64,000 bases of DNA, taken from the NCBI GenBank assembly GCA_051362555.1, contig CM120642.1:4526001-4590000 (forward strand), written 5' to 3'. Of the stretch, positions 25,523-37,602 are shown one piece after another (the first letter of the stretch is position 1; each line of letters starts with the position of its first letter). The DNA is from Lingula anatina (taxonomy: Eukaryota; Animalia; Brachiopoda). The notes beneath the pieces are model-generated. The model saw nothing but the letters and a program-made list of their open reading frames with translations. It had not been told where the DNA came from and did no database searches. The translations under genes and the position numbers were made by a program.

Positions 25523-28500
25523 TCAGGCAATAAACATGAAAAAAGGGCATAATATTCAGTTACTCAGTTGTATTGAATTGTTTTTCAAAATCAACTCCTA
25601 CATTTGTCTAAAATTCACATATTTTGTTAAATGATAGTTTACATCACTTTTCTAAACATACGCCTCATCTTTAAATATTATGTTGTAAATATTCTGTTCG
25701 CATCCCCCTTTCTTTAAGATGCAAATCAACTACCGTTCCACTTGTAATGAACACCAAAAATGTATCCTTTTTAGCCATCCTCAGTTCTTGCTACGAATAC
25801 TATATGCACGGATTTACGTACAGCGGTCCCTTTGAAATTGATCCAGACGGTCCAAACAATGGCGTCGGGCCGTTCATCGTGGAGTGTGACATGACGTCGA
25901 CACCACCTGGGAAGACGTTAATTCACCATAATAGAGAGAGCGAGTCCGGGACTATTTCGGTAATTTTTGTCTTGTTGTTACACTTCTTTGGAATTGGTTC
26001 GGATGTTCTTATCTGTGAGCCTTGGTCCGTTGTTGGGAGGACCACATAATCCATAAAAATAAGCACGTCAGAAACGCCAGAAACGAAAGCGTTTTTACGA
26101 AAATTTAAGTGACACGGTGTACATGTATGCTTACAAATGAATATATGTACGCATACTATAAGCCGTTTTCGTTTAGTAATTCATCATTTTTACTCTTTTG
26201 AATATTTAAATATGTAAATTATTTTCTTCAGATGGTGATTAGCCTTTGTTTGACTTTATATATTTCGGAACCATATTTAAAAAAATCTCAGACGGTTCTT
26301 TTTTCTCTAGGGTCATGAAAATTGCGCCGGTTCAGGCTACACGGCCACTGTCACCTACTATGGGGTCACCCTTACCACCCACATACCACCCTTCATGAAT
26401 ACCGTTGGTGCCTGCTCTCAGTTTGGTAAATACCGCTGCAATGCAGCCTCTGGTGTAGGGACCACGTGCACTTGGGCCAAAGACAGAGGTGAACGAGTTT
26501 TCTGTTTCTAATAAATCACTCGCAGTTGTATCTAGCGTACTTTGCACAATGCAGCATGTAGTTGGATCAAAGCCTTTATGAATATTAAGCTGATGTCATC
26601 AAATGTTGTAAAAGTATTGAATTTGGCAAAAAAAAGTATTGAATTTGGCTGAGGTCAGTTTGTTGTTTTGCAGACCTCAGAAAAGTGGTATTGACCATGG
26701 GGCAGATGAGATTGATTTCACTTTCGGATGTATGCAAAACAACGCATTGACTGCTTTATCATAAATTGAAATACCTGGATGTCGAAGTCGTCCAAGATAA
26801 ATAAAAAGTTGCAATATAGCTGTAGTCGACCACATGTTTCCCATGAGATAATGACAATATATCTAGGGCCTGTTTCACGAAAGAATGTTTGGTCTTAACT
26901 TAAGACCGACAATTTGGCCTGTTTCAGTTCATAATAAAGTCAAATAATAGTAGCTCGCTTAGATAATTAAAGTATTGGTCTGAAATATCAACCATGTGCA
27001 CGTATTATAACACAAGCGTAATATTTCATTTAATTGGATCTGCTATCTTGGGTAAAGGTACCAGTAGGCTAACGCTTTGGTTTAACGGTTGAGAGAAAAT
27101 TTCTGGGCTAAAGTTTCTTTTTTATTTCAGCAGGTCGTAGTCTTTTGTGCCGCGTATTATAGGCAACTTGTCTGTTAACCACTATATGAAACGCATGTCT
27201 TTTAGGTGGTACTCAAATCCCGTATTGGGCCGGTGGAAATGCAAATCACAAGTGCGCATGTGGGGTCGCTGGGACTTGTGACAGTAAGTGCATTATTAAA
27301 TTTCACTGCCAAATTTTAAAGGATTTTAACAACTTATTTACGTTATTTATAGACCTGTCACTGTCTTGTCGTGTTAAGTCATTGCTTTATTTATTATTAC
27401 TTGTGCGTTATATAACTACACGTACCCTGTTATCGTACTGATAGTAATATGCAGGTTGCTTAGGATGACATAGGCCTATTTCTTGAATGTCATGGTACCA
27501 AGAACATAGAAATTTGAAAGACTTGCACCTCCGGTCTCACCTCCAGTACTTGTCACTTCTTAATGACGATTTACTTGATGAGACACGCCACAAAATAATG
27601 CCAGTTTTTGTATAAGCATTGTTGTTATTGTACGATTCAGTGCCACATGAAGCAACTTTTGCGAGCAAAGTAGGCCTATTACATTTAACCACGGTCTTAT
27701 ATTTAATTACCACTGCAAATATCTAAAATTTCTTCTTTTTAGATGGAAGAACCGATTGCAGTTGTAATCAAAATGACAACGCCGAAAGAGTCGATCAAGG
27801 TTATTTTACCGATAAATCGTTGCTACCAGTGTCGTTCATTCACGTCGGAGACACCGGAGACGCCAGTGAATGGGGAAGATACACGTTTGGGCCTCTGGAA
27901 TGTGAACCAGGTGAGAAAGGACGCTACCTACCAAATAAGGTGACATTGATTTGGTTTGACACCCAAACCCAATATAGAGGTGCATTTCACAAGTTCAAGT
28001 CTCAAAAAATGAAATTGAATGAATTCGATGTATTATCCAATTTTTTAAAACTATCATGTGTATAGAACAAAAATCTACAAATGTCCCAATTTTACGCTCA
28101 CGCGTTTCTGTTTTGTAAGCAAATAAATTGATAACCGTTTGAAGTGAAAAAAGCGTAAGAAAGAACATACGTTACCACTGAATCGCCTGATACAAACACG
28201 ATCATTAGTTGAGCGCTGTGGAAATTTGTGCAAGCTAAACACTATCAGAACCCTATGAGTCATTAATAATGGAAAAATGATAGGAAAATACTTTTAAATT
28301 GACCAGCTCTAGGAAAATTACTTTCAAACTAAAGATAATTTTTCTTTACAATGTCCACGTTGATGACTCTTTCAAAAGCAATAATTGTCAATTGTATAGA
28401 GAATTGAAAACTTTGTTACCTAAAAGTTATCTACCACTGGTCATATTCGTCGTGAATTTAAAACTCATTGGCAGTTTCAAATTTTGGGTGTATTAGTTAC

Positions 28501-31500
28501 AATACCAACTACGCCTCGCATCCTTCGCATACCGTAATGTAACGTATGTTCCAAAGCCATAGAAAAGATACGGGACACGAGTTTAATAAGTATTGATAAG
28601 ATATTTTTTCGCTTTTTTTTTCGTAGAATTTATTGAGGTGTTTAAAAGTAACTCAGGCATCAAAAGTGATAACATATTTACAAAAACACGATCCGCGTAT
28701 CAAACGTCTTAATCATTTGCATGTAAAGAAAGGAAGATCCCAGAAACGTCTAACCTACCACCTCTTTAAACGAAGCCTTTTTCAACACACCTATAGGTTT
28801 CCCAATACAGCAGAGAATTCGTTCAAAATGAGCTTTACTATCCCTTCTGAAAGGTCTAAATTGTCTTGCGAATTTCGGCACTTTTGGGAATTAAAAAAAT
28901 GTATATATATATAATGTTTGTTCCATCTATAAAAAGTAAGTGGCTCACAAAATTACGTTTTTAAGTCTTTCCATTGAGTGAGTATAAGAAACAGATATCA
29001 CTTTAGAGTTCAAGGGTCTCTACGGTCCTTATCAGTCGCTATTTAAGACAAATTATAGGCTGCATGATTTCTTGTAAGTTTCCTTGAGATTTCTTAGATG
29101 TTCATACTGTGTTTTTACTCTGCCAACGTGCTGGATGATTTTTTTTTTTTTTTTGGTTACTGGCGCTCTTGGCCTCTACTATAGTCGTCTCGTTCAAAAA
29201 AATCGTATACAGTTTGCCTTTTTTTCCTGCTACTCCCATCCGTCGACTTTTCGACCAGTTCATCCCCCTTTCGCGAGTTCTCGACCAATGATTCCGGCAA
29301 ATGCCAGTAGTAGCTGAAAGAAATCTGAGACAACGGTACGTCTTCGCAATCTTCTCAGCCACTATATTATGAAATATTTTCATCTTACTTCTTGGTGTAA
29401 CTCGTTAAACTTGACCCACTGTAGCTAAAAATCATTTTATATAAGTCATATTTTTAGGATGATGAGTCTTATTGGATATTATATGTATATATAATATTAT
29501 TTTTATCCCTAAGGATAAAGGCAACAATTTGCTACATTGTTATTATTGCTAAAATAATTAGGGTAGTGGGGTTATGAAATAAAAGCGGCCTTGTTTGACC
29601 AAATCTTGAACAATCGATATTCTTTGTTGCCTTCTTTTTGTTATAAATAAGACTATGAAAGTTTGTGGTACACTGGGATGGAGGAGACACTGCACAGTGT
29701 TAGATAGGGTCCATAATCTGCTGTATGATGCGTTCTGTCTTAATTTTGGGGCATGTGGGAAATTCAGGTGGTTCCGTATTTCGTGTTCTACAATGGCTAA
29801 ATCGTTGCCGGATAGCATTCTCCCTCTTTCTTATGGCATTAACCTGTGACTGTAGTTCTTTAATTGTTCATTGTGACTGCCTTCAGTTTCTTCTCAATCG
29901 TTTCCACGTTGTGGCCACCTCACACACACAACAAGTCTCTCAGCTGGTGATTGCTGTGGACTTGCCTCGGCAACTTCTATAGCAGCTAGGAGCTCTTCTT
30001 TCCTTTGGTGAAGTTTACGTTTTCGCGATTTAGTCTTCGCACGCCTCTTTTGTCTTTCAAGACATTTACAGGGAGGCGGAAGGTAGGCCTACATAGTATT
30101 TTGAGCCCGTTTTCTATCGCTTCCAAATAAGCGTCACCCTATTTTTTTTTTTTACGAGATCGATATATTTTTTTAATCTCAGCTCTTGTTTTCGCATTTT
30201 TCTGAAATAATGATGTTCCGTTCGGTATCAATGTATTTGGCACTGCGCTCACTGCGCTCGTTGGCGATTATTTTTTTCTTGCCTAGTCTTGTTTGACATT
30301 TATTTCCGTCTTTGACATTCATTCCTGTATTTGAATTAATTTTTTTATTACGACAAAATCATTTACTTCGCCTACATCGTTACTGAGGATTTTATGGATT
30401 TATTTACAATTGTAACTAGCCTCATCTAATCTTTAGCTCGAGCAGACGTCAGAAAGAACCACCTGACATCTCAAACAGAAGCTAGTTTTTCTTTCGGAGC
30501 CAGTTTCGGGCACAAGTAGATTTACACTGGTAACGTATGTTCCGGTAACGTATGTTCCAGGCCACCTAATTTTTATTTTCATAACGTGTTCTTATATATT
30601 TTGAAGTGATTCGATCATGTTAAATTAAATATGACGTAAGGATGTTTTTTATAAATATTTAAACCGTAACTAATGGGGCCTGCGTCATGGCTAATACTAG
30701 GTAACGTATGTTCCCTAGGAAAATTGACAAAATGTTTCATTTTGTACAAGTACTTGGTGCAAGAAAAAACAATGTTTTCTTTTGCTGACAGAAAAATATA
30801 TAGTGATTCCATGATAGTTTGACATTTCAGATATAATATTTGGAGCACGAGGGGAAAAATAATTCATTAAATGCTTATTTTACTGTCGGTAGGGTGTATT
30901 TTCCCCGTTTTTTTAATATTCAGTGACAGGCAAACTTAAGTCGCTAAAAAACAATTAACTGCTCTATACAGAAGCTTTTCGTAATTTTTTACAACGTTAT
31001 ACTTGTAGGAGATAAATTAAAGAACAAAACCCGTGATGATCGAATTTTCAAAGTGATTAAAACGTTTCCACAGCTAGACGTTATGCATTTGTGACAGTAA
31101 CGTATGTTCCTTTTTGGGGTTAGATGATGAATTATTTTTTATTATTCGTGGTTCCAGGAAAGTGAAACTTTAATACAGACTTCTTTATGTGGGACCCTAA
31201 AATAATCAAACATAGTTTGTAATCTGTGCACTACATATTTTTAGGAACATGTCTGTGACATCATTTGCACCTCTATATTGGGTTTGGGTGTTGAATGTCA
31301 TACGGCAAACTCTTTGTGAACGCAGTATAATGGACAAAACGATACCATTCAAAATATTTGAAGGAGTTCAAAGGGTACCCTTAGCTTTGGAGACGTCCCG
31401 TCTCTTATTTTATCTTTTTAAACAACAGTTAATGATATGTTAACACCGAGATGAAGTACTGTACACGTATGTGCCGTTGTATGCTGCTGCTCGTCACATA

Positions 31501-32823
31501 TATGCGTTTACATCAAACCACCAGTCGCATAGGTTGATTATCTTCATGTCACACACCCCTACCCCCCACCCTTGACAAAATCCAAGCTCTGCCACTGTTC
31601 GCATATAAGTAGGCTACATCTTTTTCCATTCCAGCATTGCCGTCTTGTACCGAATGGAAGCGATTTACCTCCACGAGCGGAGCTTACTGGGTTGATCCAG
31701 ACGGAGGCGGCGGCGTGGACGCATTCCAAGTTCAATGTGACATGTCCACCAACCCGCCAACAGCCACGTTCAGCCATGACCATGAGGCCCGCACTCACGT
31801 GAGCGGATATGACCCCGCGTTGAGCTACTCCGCCACGCTGACTTATGATGATGGTAGGTTGTTTTTTCGAAGTTTAATGTGACCATAAGTCATTTAATGG
31901 CCTACATTGAGCATTAGACCTTCAATACCTTTATTAGACCTTTAGACCTTTATACAGTAAAAAAGTGAATGTTACCATTAAATTGAGTATTGTACATTTC
32001 AGCCAGTGTTGAACAAGTGGCCACTTACGTCGACTACGTTGGTGAGAGCTGTACGCAGCACGTGAAGTATGAATGTTACCACTCTGTTATATCGGTTAAT
32101 AATGGTACATTAAATTACGCTGCCTGGTACGACCGCAATGGACAAGTGGCACAGTTCTGGCCTGGCGGGGACCCCGACGGCGTGCCTTTCAACTGCGCAT
32201 GCTCGCAAAATGGAACCTGTGCCAGCTCAGCACATAGTGAGTTGTTACCTGTGTGACAGGAATGGTAGTTCCACTAGGAAATGCCGTCTTTTCCCCATTA
32301 CTTTGTACAGGTGACATTAGTGCCATGTACTAACCCCAATACTCCGACTAACCCTAACATGTACTAATCACAGGGGATCCTGGACTATTATTCCTAGAAC
32401 TACCTTTCCTGTCACGCCTGTGTTTGTCTACAGATATTTAATTCAGCCTTTAGTTTCTCGGGATTCCTTATCTTCTCTTTAATTTTGATTTTTGAATCAT
32501 GCTAGCGCCAATCCTGCTTTGCTATATCTTGATACCCTCCTCACACGCTCGCGCACGGCTTGCATGCCCAAGACGCAACAGAAAACAATTAAATGATTTA
32601 TTGTATAACATCTTCTGATGCATTACTCACTGTTGAGAATGAACTATAAATAAGCTTTATTTGTAAAGCATGACCTTTATACCATATAGGCCTAACCCTC
32701 ACAGGTTTCTGAATTTCCTTGCAAAAATATTTGGTCAAAGTGGACATTATTCCAGTTTTTAGTTAAAGAATATACATGTACATGCATGTGGTACATGTGG
32801 ATCCCTGAAAACGTTCATAACCA

Positions 32824-32871
<48 letters not shown>

Positions 32872-33043
32872 TATTTCTTGCATCCCAGACTGTAACTGTG
32901 ACCTGAACGATTCTACATGGAGGGCTGACGAAGGCGACGTGACGGACCCCAGTTACTTGCCGGTATCCAAGGTTGAATTTGGCGACACCGGAGGAGGCGA
33001 GGAGGGATATCACACCGTGGGCCCACTGGTATGTCGCGGATAA
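17695..33043 (+). CDS. Secreted mosaic protein: signal peptide - PAN/Apple - FN3 - Caspr-type fibrinogen-like - F5/8 type C - SUEL/galactose lectin - 2x Caspr-type fibrinogen-like (16 exons, ~1063 aa)
   Basis: Exons 17695-18025, 20549-20863, 21213-21515, 21964-22092, 23114-23281, 23749-23966, 24407-24514, 24725-24866, 25121-25381, 25775-25959, 26311-26488, 27206-27283, 27743-27910, 31635-31853, 32003-32236, 32889-33043 join in frame (3192 nt). Motifs: ECTTLC..CVSVSFN...CEVY (PAN); VTWAP..LVENLFYTLR (FN3); three copies of SC..W/Y...(I/V)DPDG..F.V.CDM...YW/FWxGG..CxC...GPLxC (CNTNAP-like); PLGME...AW..QWFQVDLG...ATQG..WVTKY..SLRAEVYG (F5/8C); LTCP..AFYG..FGDPC..KYMWITYKC (SUEL). No TM helix before the stop. 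Confidence 0.82.
27960..31290 (-). mobile_element. 3.3-kb defective DNA transposon, CMC/Chapaev-like, in intron 13 of the mosaic gene
   Basis: Perfect 25-bp TIRs CACCCAAACCCAATATAGAGGTGCA (27960-27984 and 31266-31290). 4-bp TSD TTGA (27956-27959 and 31291-31294). CAC...GTG termini. Broken minus-strand coding remnants (VAEKIAKTYRCL; RQTVYDFFERDDYSR near 29175-29220). Six copies of the motif GTAACGTATGTTC. Confidence 0.8.
32250..32420. mobile_element. Short MITE-like repeat; inverted related copy at ~11360-11465
   Basis: Inverted repeat gtgacaggaatggtagttc..ctaggaa / ttcctagaactacctttcctgtcac. The internal segment ctaaccccaatactccgactaaccctaac matches the reverse complement of 11428-11458. Confidence 0.55.
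32827..32869. repeat. (TA)n microsatellite just upstream of the last exon acceptor
   Basis: Read directly from the sequence. Confidence 0.95.
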
Positions 33044-34053
33044 TTCCACCAGGGATGCAGAAGTGATTTTTTTTTCCTTTTAATTAATTTAAAAACCCGG
33101 TTTTTCTTCTCAATCCGCAGTCGATAACAGAAGTACTGCGTTACTGGCAGAATGTCAACCCCCCCCCCCCCCCCCCCCTCAAAAAAAAGGAACAAATTTC
33201 CTAGCAACCTACCCAGCTCCCCTGTGGTTTTTGGTTTATACAAAGTATACCGGGTACGTTATATTCAGTTTTGTCATTGTAACGATAAACAATGGTACAG
33301 ATACGTCAATCACTCTGAATAAGAAAAAAAAATTGATGATGTGACAAACAAAATAAAAGTTAAGACAAATGCTGACAAAATTAAGGCGTTAACTACAGAC
33401 GTCAAAAGAAAGTCAAGGTGGCTGTTTTATTACGTGAGAACTTGCACATCTACATGTAGTTTGTTTTTAAACGAGACCTTCGATTTGATGGCGAACATTG
33501 TGGTCAAATATGTGGAAAATATTAAGAAATGCCCGGATGCAGGGGCCAGGTTCAAGATGTACCATTGTTTTAAACTGTGATAACTCCTTTTCATAATTAT
33601 CTGTGCTTTTTTTCTGTAAAAAATGAGTGATGAAAAAGTAACGCCTGCATTGGGTTTTATTCTTATCTTACTGAGAAATCAATTCGGTCGTCTGATTTTC
33701 TGTTCGGTCATTAAAGGATTACCAGACGAATTTGTTGTTGTTGTTTTTCTTAATTTCTAGTTTTGCGATTACTTATAAGATAAAAAATATTTTCCGGGTG
33801 CTTTGAAATCGGTCTTTTTCTCGGAGGCATTGACTTAAAATACGAGTGATCCTTGCAAAACCTGCGACACTATCTCAAAAGAAATTGGCATCTCAAAAGA
33901 AATTGTTCTTCATACTTCTTTTACCGCCATTTGATGTTTTAAAATCTCTGAAGATTCGAAACTGAACTCTTAATTTGTCGCCAAAGCGCGAGGTTACAAC
34001 CCCCCCCCCCCCCCCTTCTTGATATCATGTATATTATAGACCCGTGAGCGTTA

Positions 34054-35238
34054 GGGGAGACCGGGGCTAGTTGGACCCCGGGGTAAGTTGGCCCCCCGTC
34101 AATTTATGAAAAAGTAACTACGAGGTAAAAAAATTGGCCACATACTCTTGTAAAGTGACCGTAGCCTACAATGCTAAGGAAGTGTCGGACGTTAAAAAGT
34201 TTTACTTAAGCGGTGAGTCCAAATAAACGATTTTTGCACCTAAAAGTAATTTTGTTTAAGAGAATTAAAAATCAAGTTTCATAGGCTTTTGATCGAATAT
34301 AATACATGTATAGGGCATCAAACTGAAGCTCATTGTTTCAAGTTTCACAGAGATATATCATCGTTGCTCATTCTAGCATCATAAATGGTTGCCATCCTTT
34401 AATATAAAAAAGGGGGAACCGGGGCTAGTTGGCCCCCTAGACTTGGGCCAAGTTGGACCCTCATATTACCCACAATCCTTTGCGCGCAACGCTGTTTGAA
34501 ATAAACAAGTTGGTGAAATTGACAAAGCTTGCCGGTGTTTACCGTCTGATTGATTTTATTTAATTTGCTAGTGTCTTTTCGAAAATTTATATTAGAAATG
34601 TTCTGTTGATTGTATGTATTAAAAAGTAAATCCACTGGACTTTCCTCAGAAAAACATCTATTTTGCCTTAATTCATTTTAAGGGGATTCCTTTGTATTTA
34701 TAGTGTTATATGTGGCCCCAAGGGGATTTTCCACCCCTCCCTAGATAGAGACCATTGTTGAAACAAACTCAATGGTTTAAAACTGAATTTGTTACTTTCT
34801 TTCAAAACGAAAATTTATTATTCGTTTTCATTCATTAAAAACCTGCTTTATACCATTATTAATTTATTCTTAATTAAAACAAAACAAATTTTATTGATAG
34901 ATATTTTGGTTCTTGCAACACATACCCCCCCCCCCTACAACGTGATGTACGGAAACCTCAATAAATCTGCCTCATTTGAACTATTTATTCATCAAAGACT
35001 CTCAAAAATCAATTTAATAAATTACAAATTTATAAAAATGTATTTCAAGGCGTTTACATGGGATATATACTTCATTTTCGTATAGGGGGGCCAACTTGCC
35101 CCGACCATGGGGCCAACTTGCATACGTAGCTTAGTTCATAGGGCTTACTTTGAAACCGGTTTTGTTACTCTAAGCCATTCCTAGTTGGCTCTACAAGGCC
35201 AAAAGTGTCTGACTGGGCCAACTAGCCCCGGTCTCCCC
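34054..35238. mobile_element. 1.2-kb non-autonomous DNA transposon with TA TSD (Tc1/mariner-pogo-like)
   Basis: Perfect 21-bp TIRs GGGGAGACCGGGGCTAGTTGG (34054-34074) and CCAACTAGCCCCGGTCTCCCC (35218-35238), flanked by TA on both sides. TIR-like motifs recur at ~34080, ~34412-34460 and ~35086-35120. No transposase ORF. Confidence 0.85.
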
Positions 35239-36402
35239 TATGTATGATTCGTACTTGAATGTTGTCTACGTTGTTGGACTTTTAACGTTTTGCTAACATA
35301 TGACGTTTGAAATCTGGCAAAATAATTAATCTCTTGCAGCGGCTAAACAAAACTGCTAGTGGATGACTTTTAAATTAAAACATTGGGTCTCAATTTTGTA
35401 TGTTAAAGGCGCCGTTGCAATAGGCTTTTTGAAAAAAAGTGAAAGAAATATTTCGTTTTTCACACATTGTATTTATTTCTTATTTCATTTTTTCCATGAC
35501 CTGTAAAATTAGACTGATAACTAAAATAAATGGAATGATGCTCCCAACTCCTACAAAATAAACAACGTAAACTTACACAAGTATAAACCTATTTTATTCC
35601 TTGCGTTCAATGTATGAATATATACAAAGAAAGGAAAATATCTCCTCAAGATTGTTTGTGATTTGTACAAAGAATTTTGCACTTTAAATGAATTACACAA
35701 ACTGCATGCGTTAAGTGAAAGCGTGAAAATACTGAAAACACTTTTTTCAAAAGTTCCCCCTTTCTTTGAAATTACTGGCTACAGGTCTGGGTTCTTACAG
35801 GATGACATTGTATGACACTGGGATTCAATCCAAACATTGATATTTTAACTTGAAAGGGTTGCTCTTGGGACTGGTTCTCTTTGATAAGATACATGTACCA
35901 ATCCAGCTTGGAAACTTCTTGTTTTGATGAAATATTTTTAGTTTTCATGGGCGTGTATGCCTTGTTTTGGAATTGTTTCATTTGTTTTTAATGTCAAAAT
36001 CAAAGTTAGCTAACTTCAAAATGGCCGTCGGTAACTTATTCATGTTTTTACTTTACCAGAAAAATATTGGTTTTAGAAACAAAAAGCAATCTCTTTTATA
36101 AAAGCTACTGACAATTTTTTAGAACATGTGTAACATGCCTCACAACATTAAACTTTTCAGAACAGCTGTTATACCCACATTGTAGTTTTTGACATTTTAA
36201 AGTAAAATGTCAATATTTGTCAACTGTATTGGCCATCAAGATTTTCTGATCTTGATTCAACTGTTCTAAAAACTTAAAAATTGATTAGTGAAAATCGTCC
36301 TGTTTGTCATATTGAAGGATTAAATAAAGGGTCCTCGTTACGAACAAACAAAAATAAAGATATTTTCATGGGCAGAACGCTGCTGTAACATCTTTAACCT
36401 CT

Positions 36403-37602
36403 TTAACGCTTTTCTTTACTACACCCCAAAATTTGCCACATCGCTAACCTTACGTTCCGATTTAGAACGCCATAGATAAAAGGGTTTAGTCCGGACCCAA
36501 TTCGAAAGATCAGTGTAGCAATGTATTGCGCTACTATATACTCGACATCATATTCATCGTTCTGCCAAGTCCAGATCACTATCGGGTATGGCAGATAGCA
36601 TAACATGTAGGATCCGCAAGCAATGATAATGCTTTTGGTCAACGCGATCTCTCTTTTCAATAATTGGGCTTCAGTGTTTTGGATTATGTTGCTACTTATT
36701 CCGTATGATTTTCTACCTTTATTTTTCCAACAACAAAAAGATATTCTTGGTTTATTTGATTGCTGATGGGATGTTTTGATTTCTGCACAGCCTGTATGCC
36801 AGGGTGGGCGATCATTCAGTGGCCTTGGATTGGTGACGTCAGCTGATTCGTTTGAACTTTTTCGAACTTCACTGCCAGTTGCTAGAAGTAGTCGTTTCCT
36901 ACTTAACCGAACATAACGGAAGATAGCAATGTAACAGTAAGTTGCAATCACAAGACCAATAATTATTTTAAGAGACCTCAGGCTGATTAGCAATGTTGGG
37001 AATGCAGTTTCAACCCTGCATCTGTCGCCTGGGATCCATGTGATAAAGAACAGATTCACGCAACAAATTGGTGCCATACATATGTAAATAAACACACATC
37101 CGATGACCACTCTTCTTTTTGACATTAACACTTCATATTTGTGGGGCAGGCAAATCTTCACGTACCGCTCAACAGCAATAAACACTAAGTGAACCACGTT
37201 CACCGAAGAAATTAACGATCCTAATATCAGCCGAACAATGCAAAAATACACACTCTCTTGTAACGAGTGTAATGGCGGTAGAAGGTAAACCAAGTACTCG
37301 CCTGTAATCTGATATGGGATGCAAACGATATTGACAATGATGTCGGATATAGAAAGGCTAATAATGATAATGTTTGCCTGCGTTCGCAGTCTTGAGCACT
37401 TCAATATTGTAGCCAGAATCAAGGCGTTTAAGACGACGCATATTATCGCTTGAAGTCCGTTAGCCGCGATTAAATAACTGCAGTCAAAATCTATACAAGG
37501 CAAAAGGTGGATGCTCCCGTTTTTAGCATATGTCAAGTTCGTTGTTGTTAGGTTTGTGTTGTTTGTCTTCCAGAAAACATCGCCTTCTACACTGCTATTC
37601 AT
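36403..37602 (-). CDS. Class A (rhodopsin-like) GPCR, 399 aa, intronless CDS
   Basis: Seven hydrophobic segments and N-terminal N-glycosylation sequons. Motifs LNALI (N1.50), SLSISD (D2.50), IAVERY, CYLPY, NPFIYG. Confidence 0.93.
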   Translation of the reverse strand: MNSSVEGDVFWKTNNTNLTTTNLTYAKNGSIHLLPCIDFDCSYLIAANGLQAIICVVLNALILATILKCSRLRTQANIIIISLSISDIIVNIVCIPYQITGEYLVYLLPPLHSLQESVYFCIVRLILGSLISSVNVVHLVFIAVERYVKICLPHKYEVLMSKRRVVIGCVFIYICMAPICCVNLFFITWIPGDRCRVETAFPTLLISLRSLKIIIGLVIATYCYIAIFRYVRLSRKRLLLATGSEVRKSSNESADVTNPRPLNDRPPWHTGCAEIKTSHQQSNKPRISFCCWKNKGRKSYGISSNIIQNTEAQLLKREIALTKSIIIACGSYMLCYLPYPIVIWTWQNDEYDVEYIVAQYIATLIFRIGSGLNPFIYGVLNRNVRLAMWQILGCSKEKR

